Origin: Candidatus Latescibacterota bacterium
GTDB taxonomy: Bacteria; Latescibacterota; UBA2968; UBA8231
Assembly: GCA_965243025.1 (NCBI GenBank)
Contig: CBDETY010000003.1
Span: 4,224,001 to 4,288,000, forward strand
Direction: 5' to 3'
Length of the DNA: 64,000 bases
The position numbers and the translations under genes are program-made. The notes beneath the pieces were generated by a model. It searched no databases. It had not been told where the DNA came from and saw nothing but the letters and a program-made list of their open reading frames with translations. Positions 26,001-33,187 of the stretch are shown here, one piece after another. Each line of letters starts with the position of its first letter. The first letter of the stretch is position 1.

Positions 26001-26194
26001 CTCCACTGCATCTTGTAGCCGGTTGCCCCCTCTACCTTGGGCCACTCCACCGTGAGCTGCTCCGGTCCGGATTTCACCGTCACTGTTGGAGGAGCAAACT
26101 GCGCTTGCAGCCCCCTTGGGAGAAACGAAATGGCCAGCAAGACGAGCATTCCCCCTCGCAACCATTTCATGGATACTTGGTGGCTATTTTTCAT
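17024..26194 (-). CDS. Giant secreted fibronectin type III repeat protein (3057 aa) with C-terminal FlgD-Ig/sorting domain
   Basis: Signal peptide (..LPRGLQA/Q), about 21 repeats of LTVxW..GATGYKVQW..YTVRVIA, Pro/Thr linker, NYPNPFNPETTIKY...KMLLLK tail; AGGAG RBS before ATG 26194. Confidence 0.9.
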   Translation of the reverse strand: MKNSHQVSMKWLRGGMLVLLAISFLPRGLQAQFAPPTVTVKSGPEQLTVEWPKVEGATGYKMQWRNAADGDDADTDPDEAWDAERQRVIEAGTEMKYEEIISGLDPAVTYQVRVFAKDMYGDYSHPSDDPDGPGGTDPTPTTGTPAPGQVTGVTVTVPAAAGQLTVTWDGLDVATNYKVQWRDPDEVDSWEDFEPDDDGTDPDNEETVAASTSDPLPTTYSHTITATTGGLSAENTYTVRVIATNGDNTDASNGGDGTPSDDATGRPRPGQVNGPDETSDTDALTVEPGEEKLTVKWQAVTGADEYKIQWKSGTQDWDPSDRQGMEDQDATSHEITRDLVAGTEYTVRVFAMNTSGPGAPSATATGTPQPGQVTGVTVTSDAAAELTVSWTAVSGTGIEYKVQWRDATSVATWDAFTPDATNQAAATATSYTISPSTPLTVGTEYTVRVIATHDAAAVAVEDVFLADGTPSEDATGAPKPGPVQGLAQSTPALPGEVTVTWTRLEGAESYTVQWKLATEVNYDGTGPGTRTKVIDQTPTGENPSHRITGLGRPAHTVQVYATATNDGGNGAPSEVSATPGPPGNNQVTGVTVTPGSQQLTVDWVAVTGATDYKVEWEEGDLSAFTDDSEATSGIRGTRYTIRSLSENTQYTVQVTATVGGAAGEASPFTDGWTKPGQVTGVTAEATTGQAGQLTVNWVALDGVTGYKVQWRTGSENWDPDSRQVVETGASTATTTIGDGTSPALDTALGGTLYRVRVIAYNAGGDGDPSAEATGRPSPGTVGTVTLTPGSVELKAEWEPVDGATGYKVQWRDASVNSDWTAANFTPAEGTNQKTVTDGLDDPEYTIGSLTGGTEYTVRVIAFNPGGDGTPSGDATGTPEPGMVGTPTVTPGPEQLTVEWDAVTGATSYKVQWRDPEVASWGADDFTPTDGTNEATVTAPATTHTIPSLSADTEYTVRVVPVNASGDGAPSADATGMPAPGQVILVTQDLTADPPVRPVTPGEGKLTVAWGEVTGADNYKVQWKSGTQDWDPRTRQNVVAGTETSHEISARLTAGTPYTVRVIAMNTSGDGTPSAEATETPKPGQVTGVTVTSEAAAQLTVSWRAVSGTGIGYKVQWRDATSVASWDADDFTPIDGTNEATVTATSHTITTGLTAGTEYTVRVIATSDPTNNDPATDDGTPSDDATGTPKPAQVGALTVTATAEYAWGANVGWTRIGGADSYTVQWKLATEVNYDQTRQATIDQPETGDPSYRIMGLTAGTNYTVQVYATTTKGGNGQASASSPFTPVASTNNMVVQVEVTSASEALEVTWDAVPNATGYKVQWTTEASFPDPFTATEGTNQKTVSASSRNYTIPDLIGGTAYQVRVIATLAGDAEGDPSTGVAGTPAPGQVENVRVALGQGTLDVSWDAEPGATDGYTVQWREDSQEYSSRSRMKDVAAGATPPTMVTLTMTDLRGPGMLMPPGQKYWVQVYAKHATETVGNGPPSEEVTGTPLPGKVDPTVTRGPQQLEVTWELVPGATGYTVQWKSGSQDFDNLLDSDDAADTRTARLEDAPSYTLEDGFGYVIENLIAGTQYTVQVFASNAGGLGAASDLERGTPAPGTVTGVTVTAGSGALTVSWTAVPGAAGYKIQWKSGSEDYDPATREGRRTGLSYTIESLSADTEYTVQVIATLDLSNSNTPETDDSAPSDEATGTPLPGKVASVNVVAGAEKLLLSWDEVTGADGYTVQWRSGQQTFADAATDNREATDITGTRYTIEGLTADPATQYTVQVIAYNASGNGDPSDEATGTPVPVAEGQVANVMVDPGPERLAVSWSMVPGATGYKVQWKSGSETFANAATDDREEEVTGLSYTIPDLEPDTEYTVRVIAVLSTGDGPDSDEAFGTPTDRLGQVANVMVTPGPYHLSVAWDEVTGATGYKVQWKSGDEDYDETNRQALIEVGDDPGFSHTSIGLGGRTAGIEYTIQVIATIIETGDADDGPASAPATGTPQPGQVTNVRAAGVEALTVSWKAVPDATMYRVYWKSGTQDFDASRLAEVTSGTRHVIPNLTVGTQYTVFVVAGVASVYGQPSDEVTGTPTRRRPSTPSTPSTPTPQPPTTPPAQPTTPPVTTAPKDPKPGKVVLSSVKAGAEGGQLAVKWRVMAKASGYKVQWKSGDQDFSSSRQARVSGMLAVNHVIGDLDYTIEHMVRVIAYNQHGDGPPSDSREATPKRGVPKNNLAIEDPDEARTVGQAISLTVSVAEEGAHVLEVTGGRGVTLSGDGVTDQGGGSAQLDADSWSEGQRTVVLNDTVGPDVLSIVLRNTDGDSLAGLSGIMYNPGEASQLVVTGLPDTLAVGRAYRGQVSATDSYGNVRTEDREVTISTDARNVSSSSPVELEEGTGGFWVRSDEVPATALVLTFEDSEDSDLSSSVSVTVRPLDAPDRVVAADNPGDEGGFVLLTWDLSDDHSILDTYRIFRGEGSAREWGSVAAAPGATEGRAVVATLDTMSSVWGVLGQIGGSSMMDDMACMADIVVTGSDVDGLEVLVWRTGSGNRVSSPRSSNILWKGTTDATGQVSLSVNNSGRTSSYAATARRDGELVASWRGIQLTPSDCPSLELAIGGEATVGGATDQRPSVVLMSSITQSGSARAIDNTPPAAAGSFRAVDVPDDDGGQIQLSWTESTSDVSITRMVEGAVGPVTSDMSRGVVGYRIYREEAEGFALLGTVGPGVTGFVDTTAITGIRFTYVVSAFDQDNETVSEEEEAMSIRNREEDVNGKLIQGLFGADKTVGFDDYFHFADHYGSSVEDTEWEPAFDLAAKQAVDIDGYNVFAENFGRQTASAAKVIPLEPGRNEQTRLDFFGGVPLPRVGEEFVLTLHLSDFGLLKGYGFQVEFDGEELEVVRAVAADNGLGEGILANPQVLAVAEGKQAIVAYGDEVSEGTVAVELVFRALREFEDGWIRITEGQVRDGAFAVNPLVLPAPVQMETLPEVYALGFNYPNPFNPETTIKYALPQASDVKLVVYNSIGQVVRTLVNERQSIGRYVFTWDATNDRGQAVSSGIYLYRLQAGEFAQVRKMLLLK

Positions 26195-26709
26195 CAGAAC
26201 AGTCCTTCTCCTTTGAGAAAACCGCATCTTCACACGGTTCGGACGAGGGTAGATTTTCGATATGGTGGGTTAAACGAACTATTGGCATGTCACGATTCTT
26301 AAAAGTAAGGGGCATTCTGCCATGGAGTCAAGCTTTTCGGGTGAGTCTTGTTGATGATTGAAGCATCTGAACCAATTACATATTACATATTCATATGTTC
26401 TTAACCGGAGAAATCGTGGCTTCCTTCTGTGTAAAAGAACCAAAGATCATTCGGGAATGTCAAGCTATTTTTGTGTCGATCCGAAACAGGCTGAACCCTT
26501 TCCGAGGGCGTCCCGCAAGGCCCCAAAAAGTTGCATGCGAAGAAAAAGTGCCCGATTTTCGCCGTCGCGTCAACATCTGGCCCCCCAAGGCGTCCTGAAC
26601 AGGCGGGGCCGCGGTTCGGCTGTTCCGCCGCCGGTTTTGCCCCTGACCTGATTATTCAATAAGAGCACGAAGGACCAAATAGTAAAGGACGAATAGGACG
26701 AATGGGATA

Positions 26710-27918
26710 ATGGATGATCTTTTCGAATCCCTGTTGGACGGATGCGCCGAGGGTTCCTCTGCGGACGGCATCTGCATCGACACCGAGCTGGAGCCGCTGA
26801 CCGGCCCGGGCGGGCCGGTCAAGCCGGCGGTATACGCCGGCGGCAGGTATCAGCAGGACCGCCGCTGGGCGAGCCCGGAAGCGGCCGAATCCACGCCGGT
26901 GCTGGTGATCGACAACGTGCCGTCGCAGGCCAACCGCCTGGAAGAGGCTTTGCAGGACCGCAACCGGGAATCGCCCTTTTTCCCGGAACTGGTCCTGGAT
27001 CTGTCCTGCGTGGCGCCTCTGCCGGCGCATCTGCCGCGCCGGCTTTCGAGTCTGGAGTTTCCCCACCGCAACGCGGATGCCTACCTGCGGGACGCCCGGC
27101 TCGAGGGCGTCGATTTCCTCCGAACCGACCTCGGGCGAGCGATTTTCGCGGCGACCCCGCAGGAGTGCGGAGCGCTGATGGCCTGGTTTCCGCAGGCGTT
27201 GCTGTTCGGCTTCTGGCAATCGCATCTGGGCAGGAAGCGGCACAGCACCAAGCACGCGCGGTCCTGGGTATCGGAGATCGTGGGCTGGAATCCGGGCGCG
27301 GTGGACACCCGGCTGCTGGGCATGAAGGGCGACCCGTTGAACCTGAACACCGACCAGGCGATCACCTCCAACCCCAACGACCGGATGAGCTGGGAGATCG
27401 GGGAGGGGGCCGCGGTAACGGGGGGCCGTAAGGACAAGCTGTCGGAGATCGGCCACGGCCGGGTGCCGTTCATGGGGGAGGAGGAAGCCGCCGCCGGGCC
27501 GGTGTCGTTTGCGCGGGTGACCCAGCGGGCAACGGTGTCGTTTGCGCAGCTTCGAAAGGTCGGTCTGGGCCCGGACCGGGCGGCGGCGGAACAGGCGGCG
27601 CGGGCGCTGCTGGTGGCCGTGGGGCTGTATGCCCACCTGCGGGCCTTCGGCCGGGGGTTCGCGCTGCGTTCCGGGGCCGAGTTGCGGCCCCGGGAAACGG
27701 CGGCGACGTGGCTGGGAAGCGACGGGGACGAGCCCTGCGCGATCGGCCCCGTCGAGGCCGCCGAACAGCTTTTGAGGCAGGCGCACGAGCACGCCGGGGC
27801 GGCCGGGGTGCCCCTGGACGGCTGGGGCCGGCCCCCGGTTCTGCTGACCCCGAAAAAAAACCTTCACGCCGCGATCCGGGCTACCTGGCCGGACTTCGAC
27901 GACAACGGGGGGACCTGA
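26710..27918 (+). CDS. csb1: Type I-G (I-U) Cas7 / Csb1
   Basis: VKPAVY, IDNVPSQANRLE, PHRNADAYLRD, LLFGFWQS, LSEIGHG, ALRSGAEL. Confidence 0.88.
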   Translation: MDDLFESLLDGCAEGSSADGICIDTELEPLTGPGGPVKPAVYAGGRYQQDRRWASPEAAESTPVLVIDNVPSQANRLEEALQDRNRESPFFPELVLDLSCVAPLPAHLPRRLSSLEFPHRNADAYLRDARLEGVDFLRTDLGRAIFAATPQECGALMAWFPQALLFGFWQSHLGRKRHSTKHARSWVSEIVGWNPGAVDTRLLGMKGDPLNLNTDQAITSNPNDRMSWEIGEGAAVTGGRKDKLSEIGHGRVPFMGEEEAAAGPVSFARVTQRATVSFAQLRKVGLGPDRAAAEQAARALLVAVGLYAHLRAFGRGFALRSGAELRPRETAATWLGSDGDEPCAIGPVEAAEQLLRQAHEHAGAAGVPLDGWGRPPVLLTPKKNLHAAIRATWPDFDDNGGT

Positions 27919-27922
27919 CCCG

Positions 27923-29344
27923 ATGCTGGCCGTCTCGGTGGAGTTGCTGCACGGGACCTTCCGCGCCGACCCGGACGGCAGCGCCGGCACCGGCCGCCTG
28001 GGGCGGGGCGAGTGGCCTCCGGCCCCGGCGCGCCTGTTGGCGGCCCTGGTCGCCGCCGACGGCACCGGAGCCCGCTGCCGGGGAACCGACGGGTCGGAAC
28101 TGGCCTGGTTCGAGGCCCTGCCGCCGCCGGTGATTTACGCGCATGGAGCCCCCTGGCATCAGGACCTAGAGCCCCGGTTTGTGGTCAAGCAGCACGGGGG
28201 GGCGGTAAAATCCACGTACCGGGAGTATGTGGGCCGCGCCCCCGTCGAGGTCCGGCCCGGGGTGCGCGTCACGCCGCGTTGGCCTCGGATCGTGTACCTG
28301 TGGCAGGCACGGGCGCCCGGGGCGATGCTGGCGGCGCTGCGCTACCGGGCCGCGCGCATCGGCTATCTGGGCGCGGCCGACTCGCCGGTGCGGGTTCGCG
28401 TTGAGACGCAGCCGCCCGATGGCCCGCCGGAGGACCCCTTCGTCGCGGCCGGCGACGGCGACGTACCGATCCGGGTTTCGGCCCCCGGCGACGTGGCCCT
28501 GCTCGACGGGATCTACCATGCCTGGTGCGAGCACGGGGCCGAGGTCGCCCGGTCCCGGTTCCCGGGGTTGCGCCACGAGCAATGGTACCGGTCGCCGCGG
28601 TTTGCGGACCGACCTGCCCCCCCGGTGGCCGCCTGGCTGCGCTTGGCCGAAGCGCTTCCGGGCCGTCGCGTGGCGGCGCTCACGGCCCTGTTCAAGCGGG
28701 CCGTTCTCCGGCAATACGAGGAGCTGTTCGGGGAGCCGCCGGCGGTGTTGCACGGCCATGGATTCCCCACAAAAGGCTTCGAGCTGGCCCGCTACCTGGC
28801 CCTTGCCGATGCGGGGTATGCCCGCTCGACCGGACGCATTCACGGCCTGGCGCTGTGGCTGCCGTCCGGACTGGATTCGGGCACACGCCTCAAGGCGCGC
28901 GATGCGGCCTGTGCCCTCCGACGGCTGACCGGCGGGGGCCTGGACGTGTCGGTGGCGCCGCGAGAGGACGAGCCCCGGCCGTGGGCCGCCCACCCTAACC
29001 GCTGGTGCGGTTCCGCCCGCCGGTGGGCGACGGTCTTTCCGGCGATTCACGAGCGGCGGGGCCGGCTCGATCTGGCCGAACTCACCCGCTGGTGCCGCCA
29101 TGCCGGGCTGCCGGGCGGCCCGGTCGCGTTCCGCACCGGGCGCGCCCCGCTGGTGCGCGGCGGCATCGATCTGGCACCGCCGGAAGTGAACCGCCCGGGC
29201 CGACCCGGCCAGCCCGGACTGCTCTACTCCCACCTCGAGCTGTTGTTCGAAGAACCCGTGGCCGGCCCGGTGGTCATCGGCGCCGGGCGGCAGCGCGGCT
29301 TCGGGCTGTGCGTGCCGGTTTCGGACAAAGCCGGACCCGGCTGA
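27923..29344 (+). CDS. csb2: Type I-G Cas5/Cas6 fusion Csb2
   Basis: EWPPAPARLLAALVA, GYLGAADS, C-terminal Cas6 G-loop GPVVIGAGRQRGFGLC. Confidence 0.88.
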   Translation: MLAVSVELLHGTFRADPDGSAGTGRLGRGEWPPAPARLLAALVAADGTGARCRGTDGSELAWFEALPPPVIYAHGAPWHQDLEPRFVVKQHGGAVKSTYREYVGRAPVEVRPGVRVTPRWPRIVYLWQARAPGAMLAALRYRAARIGYLGAADSPVRVRVETQPPDGPPEDPFVAAGDGDVPIRVSAPGDVALLDGIYHAWCEHGAEVARSRFPGLRHEQWYRSPRFADRPAPPVAAWLRLAEALPGRRVAALTALFKRAVLRQYEELFGEPPAVLHGHGFPTKGFELARYLALADAGYARSTGRIHGLALWLPSGLDSGTRLKARDAACALRRLTGGGLDVSVAPREDEPRPWAAHPNRWCGSARRWATVFPAIHERRGRLDLAELTRWCRHAGLPGGPVAFRTGRAPLVRGGIDLAPPEVNRPGRPGQPGLLYSHLELLFEEPVAGPVVIGAGRQRGFGLCVPVSDKAGPG

Positions 29345-32061
29345 TGCGATCGACGTTTGGCGAATTCTACCGGGCCCTGTACGGCCGCGAGCCGTTTCCC
29401 TGGCAAGCGCGACTGGCTGCCCAGGTCACCCAAACCGGGGACTGGCCCGACGAGATCGGCATCCCGACCGGGCTGGGCAAGACGGCGTGTCTGGACTTGG
29501 CCGTGTGGTGGCTGGCGCTGCAGGCCGAACGCGCCCCCGCCCGCCGCACGGCCCCGACCCGGATCTGGTGGGTGGGCGACCGGCCGCTGCTGGCCGAGAA
29601 GGCCAGCGACCGGGCCGAGGCCCTCAGCGCCGCGCTCCGCGAGCCGGCCACCGAGGCGGTCGCCGCCGTCGCCGACCGCCTGCGCTCGCTGCCCGCCGAC
29701 CCGGCCGGCGACCCCCTGGAGGTGATCGAGCTTTCCGGCATCGCCTCGCCCCGGCCGGCCGACCCGTCCCAACCCGCGGTGATTCTGTCCTCCCTTTCCC
29801 TGTACGGCTCCCGGTTGCTGTTCCGCGGCTACGGGACGACGCGGTCGATGCGCCCCGTCGAGGCCGCCCTGGCCGGCACCGACAGCCTCGTGTTCCTCGA
29901 CGAGACGCCCAGGGCCGCCCCCCTGCGGGGAGCCCTGGTGCCGGCCCTGGGCGAGTGCACGCCCCGGGCCCAGGCCGTTCTGGGAACGCCCCGCTCCCGG
30001 CCGCGATTCGTGGCCCTGACCGCCACCGGGGGCACCGGGGGGGAGGGCCGCTTCGGTCTGGATGCGGCCGACGAGGCGCATCCGGTCGTGAAACGGCGGT
30101 TGAATGCAGCCAAGCCGATGGACGTACGCTGTTGCCCGGACGACGTCGGAAGGACGTTGGCCGCCGAGACGCTGCATCTGGCCCAACAGGCGGCGGGGCC
30201 GGCGACGTTCCTGGTATTCGCCAATACCCCGGCGACGGCCCGGTCGGCGTTCGACCGCCTTCGAGACCGGCTGGCCGGCGAAGCGGCCGAGATCCTGCTG
30301 GTGACGGGCCGGTCCCGGCAGCGGGAAGCCGAACGGACGCGGCGCTTCCTCCTCGATCCGGACCAGGGCCTGTTTTCCTCCCGAGCCGCCGGGCCCCGTC
30401 TGCGTCACCTGATCGTGGTGGCCACCCCGGTTCTGGAGGCCGGGGCCGACCTCGACGCGGAGTACCTGGTCACCGAAGCCTGCGGGGTGCGGGCGCTCAC
30501 GCAGCGGCTCGGCCGCCTGAACCGGCTGGGCCGTTTCCGCCACGCCCGCGCCGTCTACGTCCATCCCGACGCCCGGGAATGCCCGGTCTACGGGGCCGAA
30601 CCGGCGCAGGTGCTGCACCGGCTGCAACAGGCCGGCGCGGGCGACGAGGCCCCCGTGAACCTGTCGTCGCGCCGCATCGCCGGCGTGTTGGGCTCCCCCG
30701 AAGACGATCCGGGCCGGGCCCCGGAGGTGTTGCCCGCCTTGGTGTGGGAATGGACGAAAACCGCCACGCCCCCCCAGGGCGAAGCCCCCGTCGAACCCTA
30801 CTTCGCCGGCATCGCCGGTACGCAGTACCGGGTGTCGCTGCTGTGGCGCGTCCATGTCCCGGGGCAAGGCCAGTACCTCTGGCCGCGGCTCGATGCGGGC
30901 GAACTCGTCGAGGTGCCCCTGGACGAGGCGCGCGAGGCGTTGGAGGAAACCGAAGGACTCCGGCGCCTGGGACCCGACGGGGTATCGGTGGAGGTCGTTT
31001 TCAAAGAGGCCCTCAAGCCCAGCGACGTGGTCGTGCTGCCGTTCGACCGCGGCCTGCTCGACGAGTTCGGCCAGTGGAATCGGCACGCCCGCCTCCCCGT
31101 CGCCGATTTGTCCATCGCCCGGCACGGGTTGCCCCTAAGCCGGACCGCGCTTTGGGGCCTGTGCGGCCTGTCCCTCCCGCAAAAGCTCATCGACCCGGTC
31201 GCAGGCATCGGCCCCGACCACGAGGCCCTCGACGAGGCTGACCGCATCGAGGCGGCCGACAAGATCCTGGATTTGGCGTCCCTTGCCGACCCTCCCCCCG
31301 GATGGCAGGACAGCCGGTGGCAGGGGTTCCTCGCCCGTTTGAAGAACCGGCCCCCGGTCGCCCCGCCCAAAGAGGTGCCCCGGGTGCCCCTGTCCGTGGA
31401 GCCGGAACCTTGCAGCGACGAGCTCGACGAGCTGTCCCTGGCCGAACAGGCCGTCCGGCTCGATGTCCACGGCCTGGCGGTAGGGGAGCGCGCGGGGGCC
31501 ATCGCCGAGCGCCTCGGCCTGCCGGCCGGTCTGGCCCGGACCGTGGAACGGGCCGGACGCCTGCACGACCTCGGCAAGGCCGACCGCCGCTTCCAGCGCT
31601 GGCTCGATCCCGGGGCGCACCACGACACCCCCCAGGCCAAGGCCCCCCTGCCGCGCCATCGCTGGACCGCCGCCCGGGCCGCCGCCGGATGGCCCCGCTC
31701 AGGCCGCCACGAAGCCCTGTCGGCACGGCTGGTTCAGCAGGGGCTCAAACAGGCCACCCAGGGCGATCCGGTGCTGGAAGACCTGCTCCTTCATTTGGTC
31801 GTCAGCCATCACGGCCACGGCCGCCCCCTCGTGCGGCCCGTACCCGACGAGACCGCCGGCCGCGTGTCCGGAGACGTCGAACACGCCCACCATGCGGTGT
31901 CGGCCGACCTGTTCCACGTCGATTGGGAACAGCCGACCCGGTTCAAAAAACTCAACGACCGGTTCGGGCCGTGGGGGCTGGCCCTGCTGGAAACCATCGT
32001 ACGGCAAGCCGACCATGCGGTGTCGGCCGGGACCCGAACAGGCCGCCTCGAGGTGCGCTGA
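29344..32061 (+). CDS. cas3: Type I-G Cas3 (N-terminal helicase, C-terminal HD), motif II atypical
   Basis: PFPWQ, IPTGLGKT, GSRLLFRGYG, FLDETP, QRLGRLNR; HD motifs LHDLGKAD, RHE, SHHG, ADH. Confidence 0.9.
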   Translation: MRSTFGEFYRALYGREPFPWQARLAAQVTQTGDWPDEIGIPTGLGKTACLDLAVWWLALQAERAPARRTAPTRIWWVGDRPLLAEKASDRAEALSAALREPATEAVAAVADRLRSLPADPAGDPLEVIELSGIASPRPADPSQPAVILSSLSLYGSRLLFRGYGTTRSMRPVEAALAGTDSLVFLDETPRAAPLRGALVPALGECTPRAQAVLGTPRSRPRFVALTATGGTGGEGRFGLDAADEAHPVVKRRLNAAKPMDVRCCPDDVGRTLAAETLHLAQQAAGPATFLVFANTPATARSAFDRLRDRLAGEAAEILLVTGRSRQREAERTRRFLLDPDQGLFSSRAAGPRLRHLIVVATPVLEAGADLDAEYLVTEACGVRALTQRLGRLNRLGRFRHARAVYVHPDARECPVYGAEPAQVLHRLQQAGAGDEAPVNLSSRRIAGVLGSPEDDPGRAPEVLPALVWEWTKTATPPQGEAPVEPYFAGIAGTQYRVSLLWRVHVPGQGQYLWPRLDAGELVEVPLDEAREALEETEGLRRLGPDGVSVEVVFKEALKPSDVVVLPFDRGLLDEFGQWNRHARLPVADLSIARHGLPLSRTALWGLCGLSLPQKLIDPVAGIGPDHEALDEADRIEAADKILDLASLADPPPGWQDSRWQGFLARLKNRPPVAPPKEVPRVPLSVEPEPCSDELDELSLAEQAVRLDVHGLAVGERAGAIAERLGLPAGLARTVERAGRLHDLGKADRRFQRWLDPGAHHDTPQAKAPLPRHRWTAARAAAGWPRSGRHEALSARLVQQGLKQATQGDPVLEDLLLHLVVSHHGHGRPLVRPVPDETAGRVSGDVEHAHHAVSADLFHVDWEQPTRFKKLNDRFGPWGLALLETIVRQADHAVSAGTRTGRLEVR

Positions 32062-32065
32062 CCCC

Positions 32066-32968
32066 ATGCAGAAAGCCCGTGAGAGGTGTCCGGGGTTGCC
32101 CGGCTTTTGGATCAACGGCTGGCTGGCGGCGGTGGGAACCACGGTGCTGAACCCGCGAATCCGGCTGGGCTGGACCGAAGAAGGCGCGCCCCGGGCGCTG
32201 CTGTCCTGCCCGCCGCGCCTCGACCCAGTCGAGGCCCTCGCCGCCGCCTGGCCCGACGCCGAACAGATAGCCGGGCTGCCGATCGCCGAACAGTGGCAGC
32301 ACACCCCCCCCTTGCAGCGCAAGGTTTCCCTGGAAACCTTTGCCCAGCGTGCCCGCGCCGCCCGAGGCCACCCCCAGGCGTGGGCCCTGTCGTCGACCCT
32401 GACCGATCTCTGCGTCGACGAGAACGGCCAGGTCGCCCATGCCCCCTTCGATCCGGCCGGGCCCGGATCCGTCAAGTGGCTGCATCACCGACTGAAGAAA
32501 GTGCACGCCCTGGGGGACCCCGACCGCATCGCAGACTCCTTGGCCGGCAGGGGAAACCGGGTCAAAAACCACGGCCTGGGATTCGATCTGACCCGGCTGG
32601 GCTCCCTGTCGGATTCGACCTCGGCATGGGTCGATCCGGTAATCGAGGTGCTGGCCTTCTTCGGCCTCGCCCTCCTGCCGGTGCGCGGAGCCGGGACCGA
32701 CCGGCGCAGGGCTTTTCCGGCTCCGGCCCGCGAAATCCAGAAAGGATGGGTTGCGGAAAACCGGTGGGAGCGCCGCTTCACCTGGCCGGCATGGCGCCAG
32801 CCCCTGGACAGCACCGGCATCGATGCGCTGCTGGACGCCTGGATGACCGTCCGCAACGACAAAAACCAGTGGCCGACCATGGGAGTGCATGCCGCATGGC
32901 AGACCGTACAGTTCAAGCCCAGAGGCACCGCCGACATTACCCGGGCCTTTGGCGCCGAGCGAGTGTGA
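32066..32968 (+). CDS. Type I-G large subunit (Cas8u2/Csb3-like)
   Basis: Directly after cas3; NGWLAAVG, DPVIEVLAFFGLALLPV, FTWPAWRQPL. Confidence 0.7.
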   Translation: MQKARERCPGLPGFWINGWLAAVGTTVLNPRIRLGWTEEGAPRALLSCPPRLDPVEALAAAWPDAEQIAGLPIAEQWQHTPPLQRKVSLETFAQRARAARGHPQAWALSSTLTDLCVDENGQVAHAPFDPAGPGSVKWLHHRLKKVHALGDPDRIADSLAGRGNRVKNHGLGFDLTRLGSLSDSTSAWVDPVIEVLAFFGLALLPVRGAGTDRRRAFPAPAREIQKGWVAENRWERRFTWPAWRQPLDSTGIDALLDAWMTVRNDKNQWPTMGVHAAWQTVQFKPRGTADITRAFGAERV

Positions 32969-32997
32969 AGAAATTCCAGGGGCAGGCAAAGCCCCGT

Positions 32998-33187
32998 GTC
33001 GCCGGAAGAGGAAAACCCCCGGTCTTTGTTGAGCGGATTGTCAAGCCCTTTTTTCACCCCAGCCCACCGGGGTCGTCGCCGGGGTCGATCCCCCGGCCTT
33101 CGTTGAGCGGGTGTCAAGCCTTTTTTTAGCTGAGGCCCTCACCGGGTCCCGTCGCCGGGGAGGATCCCCCCCGGCCTTCGTTGAGCC
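32998..33187 (+). CRISPR. Degenerate mini-array: 3 repeats, 2 spacers
   Basis: Repeats GTCGCCGG(G/A)...CCCCCGG(C/T)CTT(C/T)GTTGAGC at 32998-33035, 33075-33109 and 33151-33187 with a CCGG(GG)/(CC)CCGG stem; spacers 39 and 41 nt; 29 bp after the last cas gene. Confidence 0.8.
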
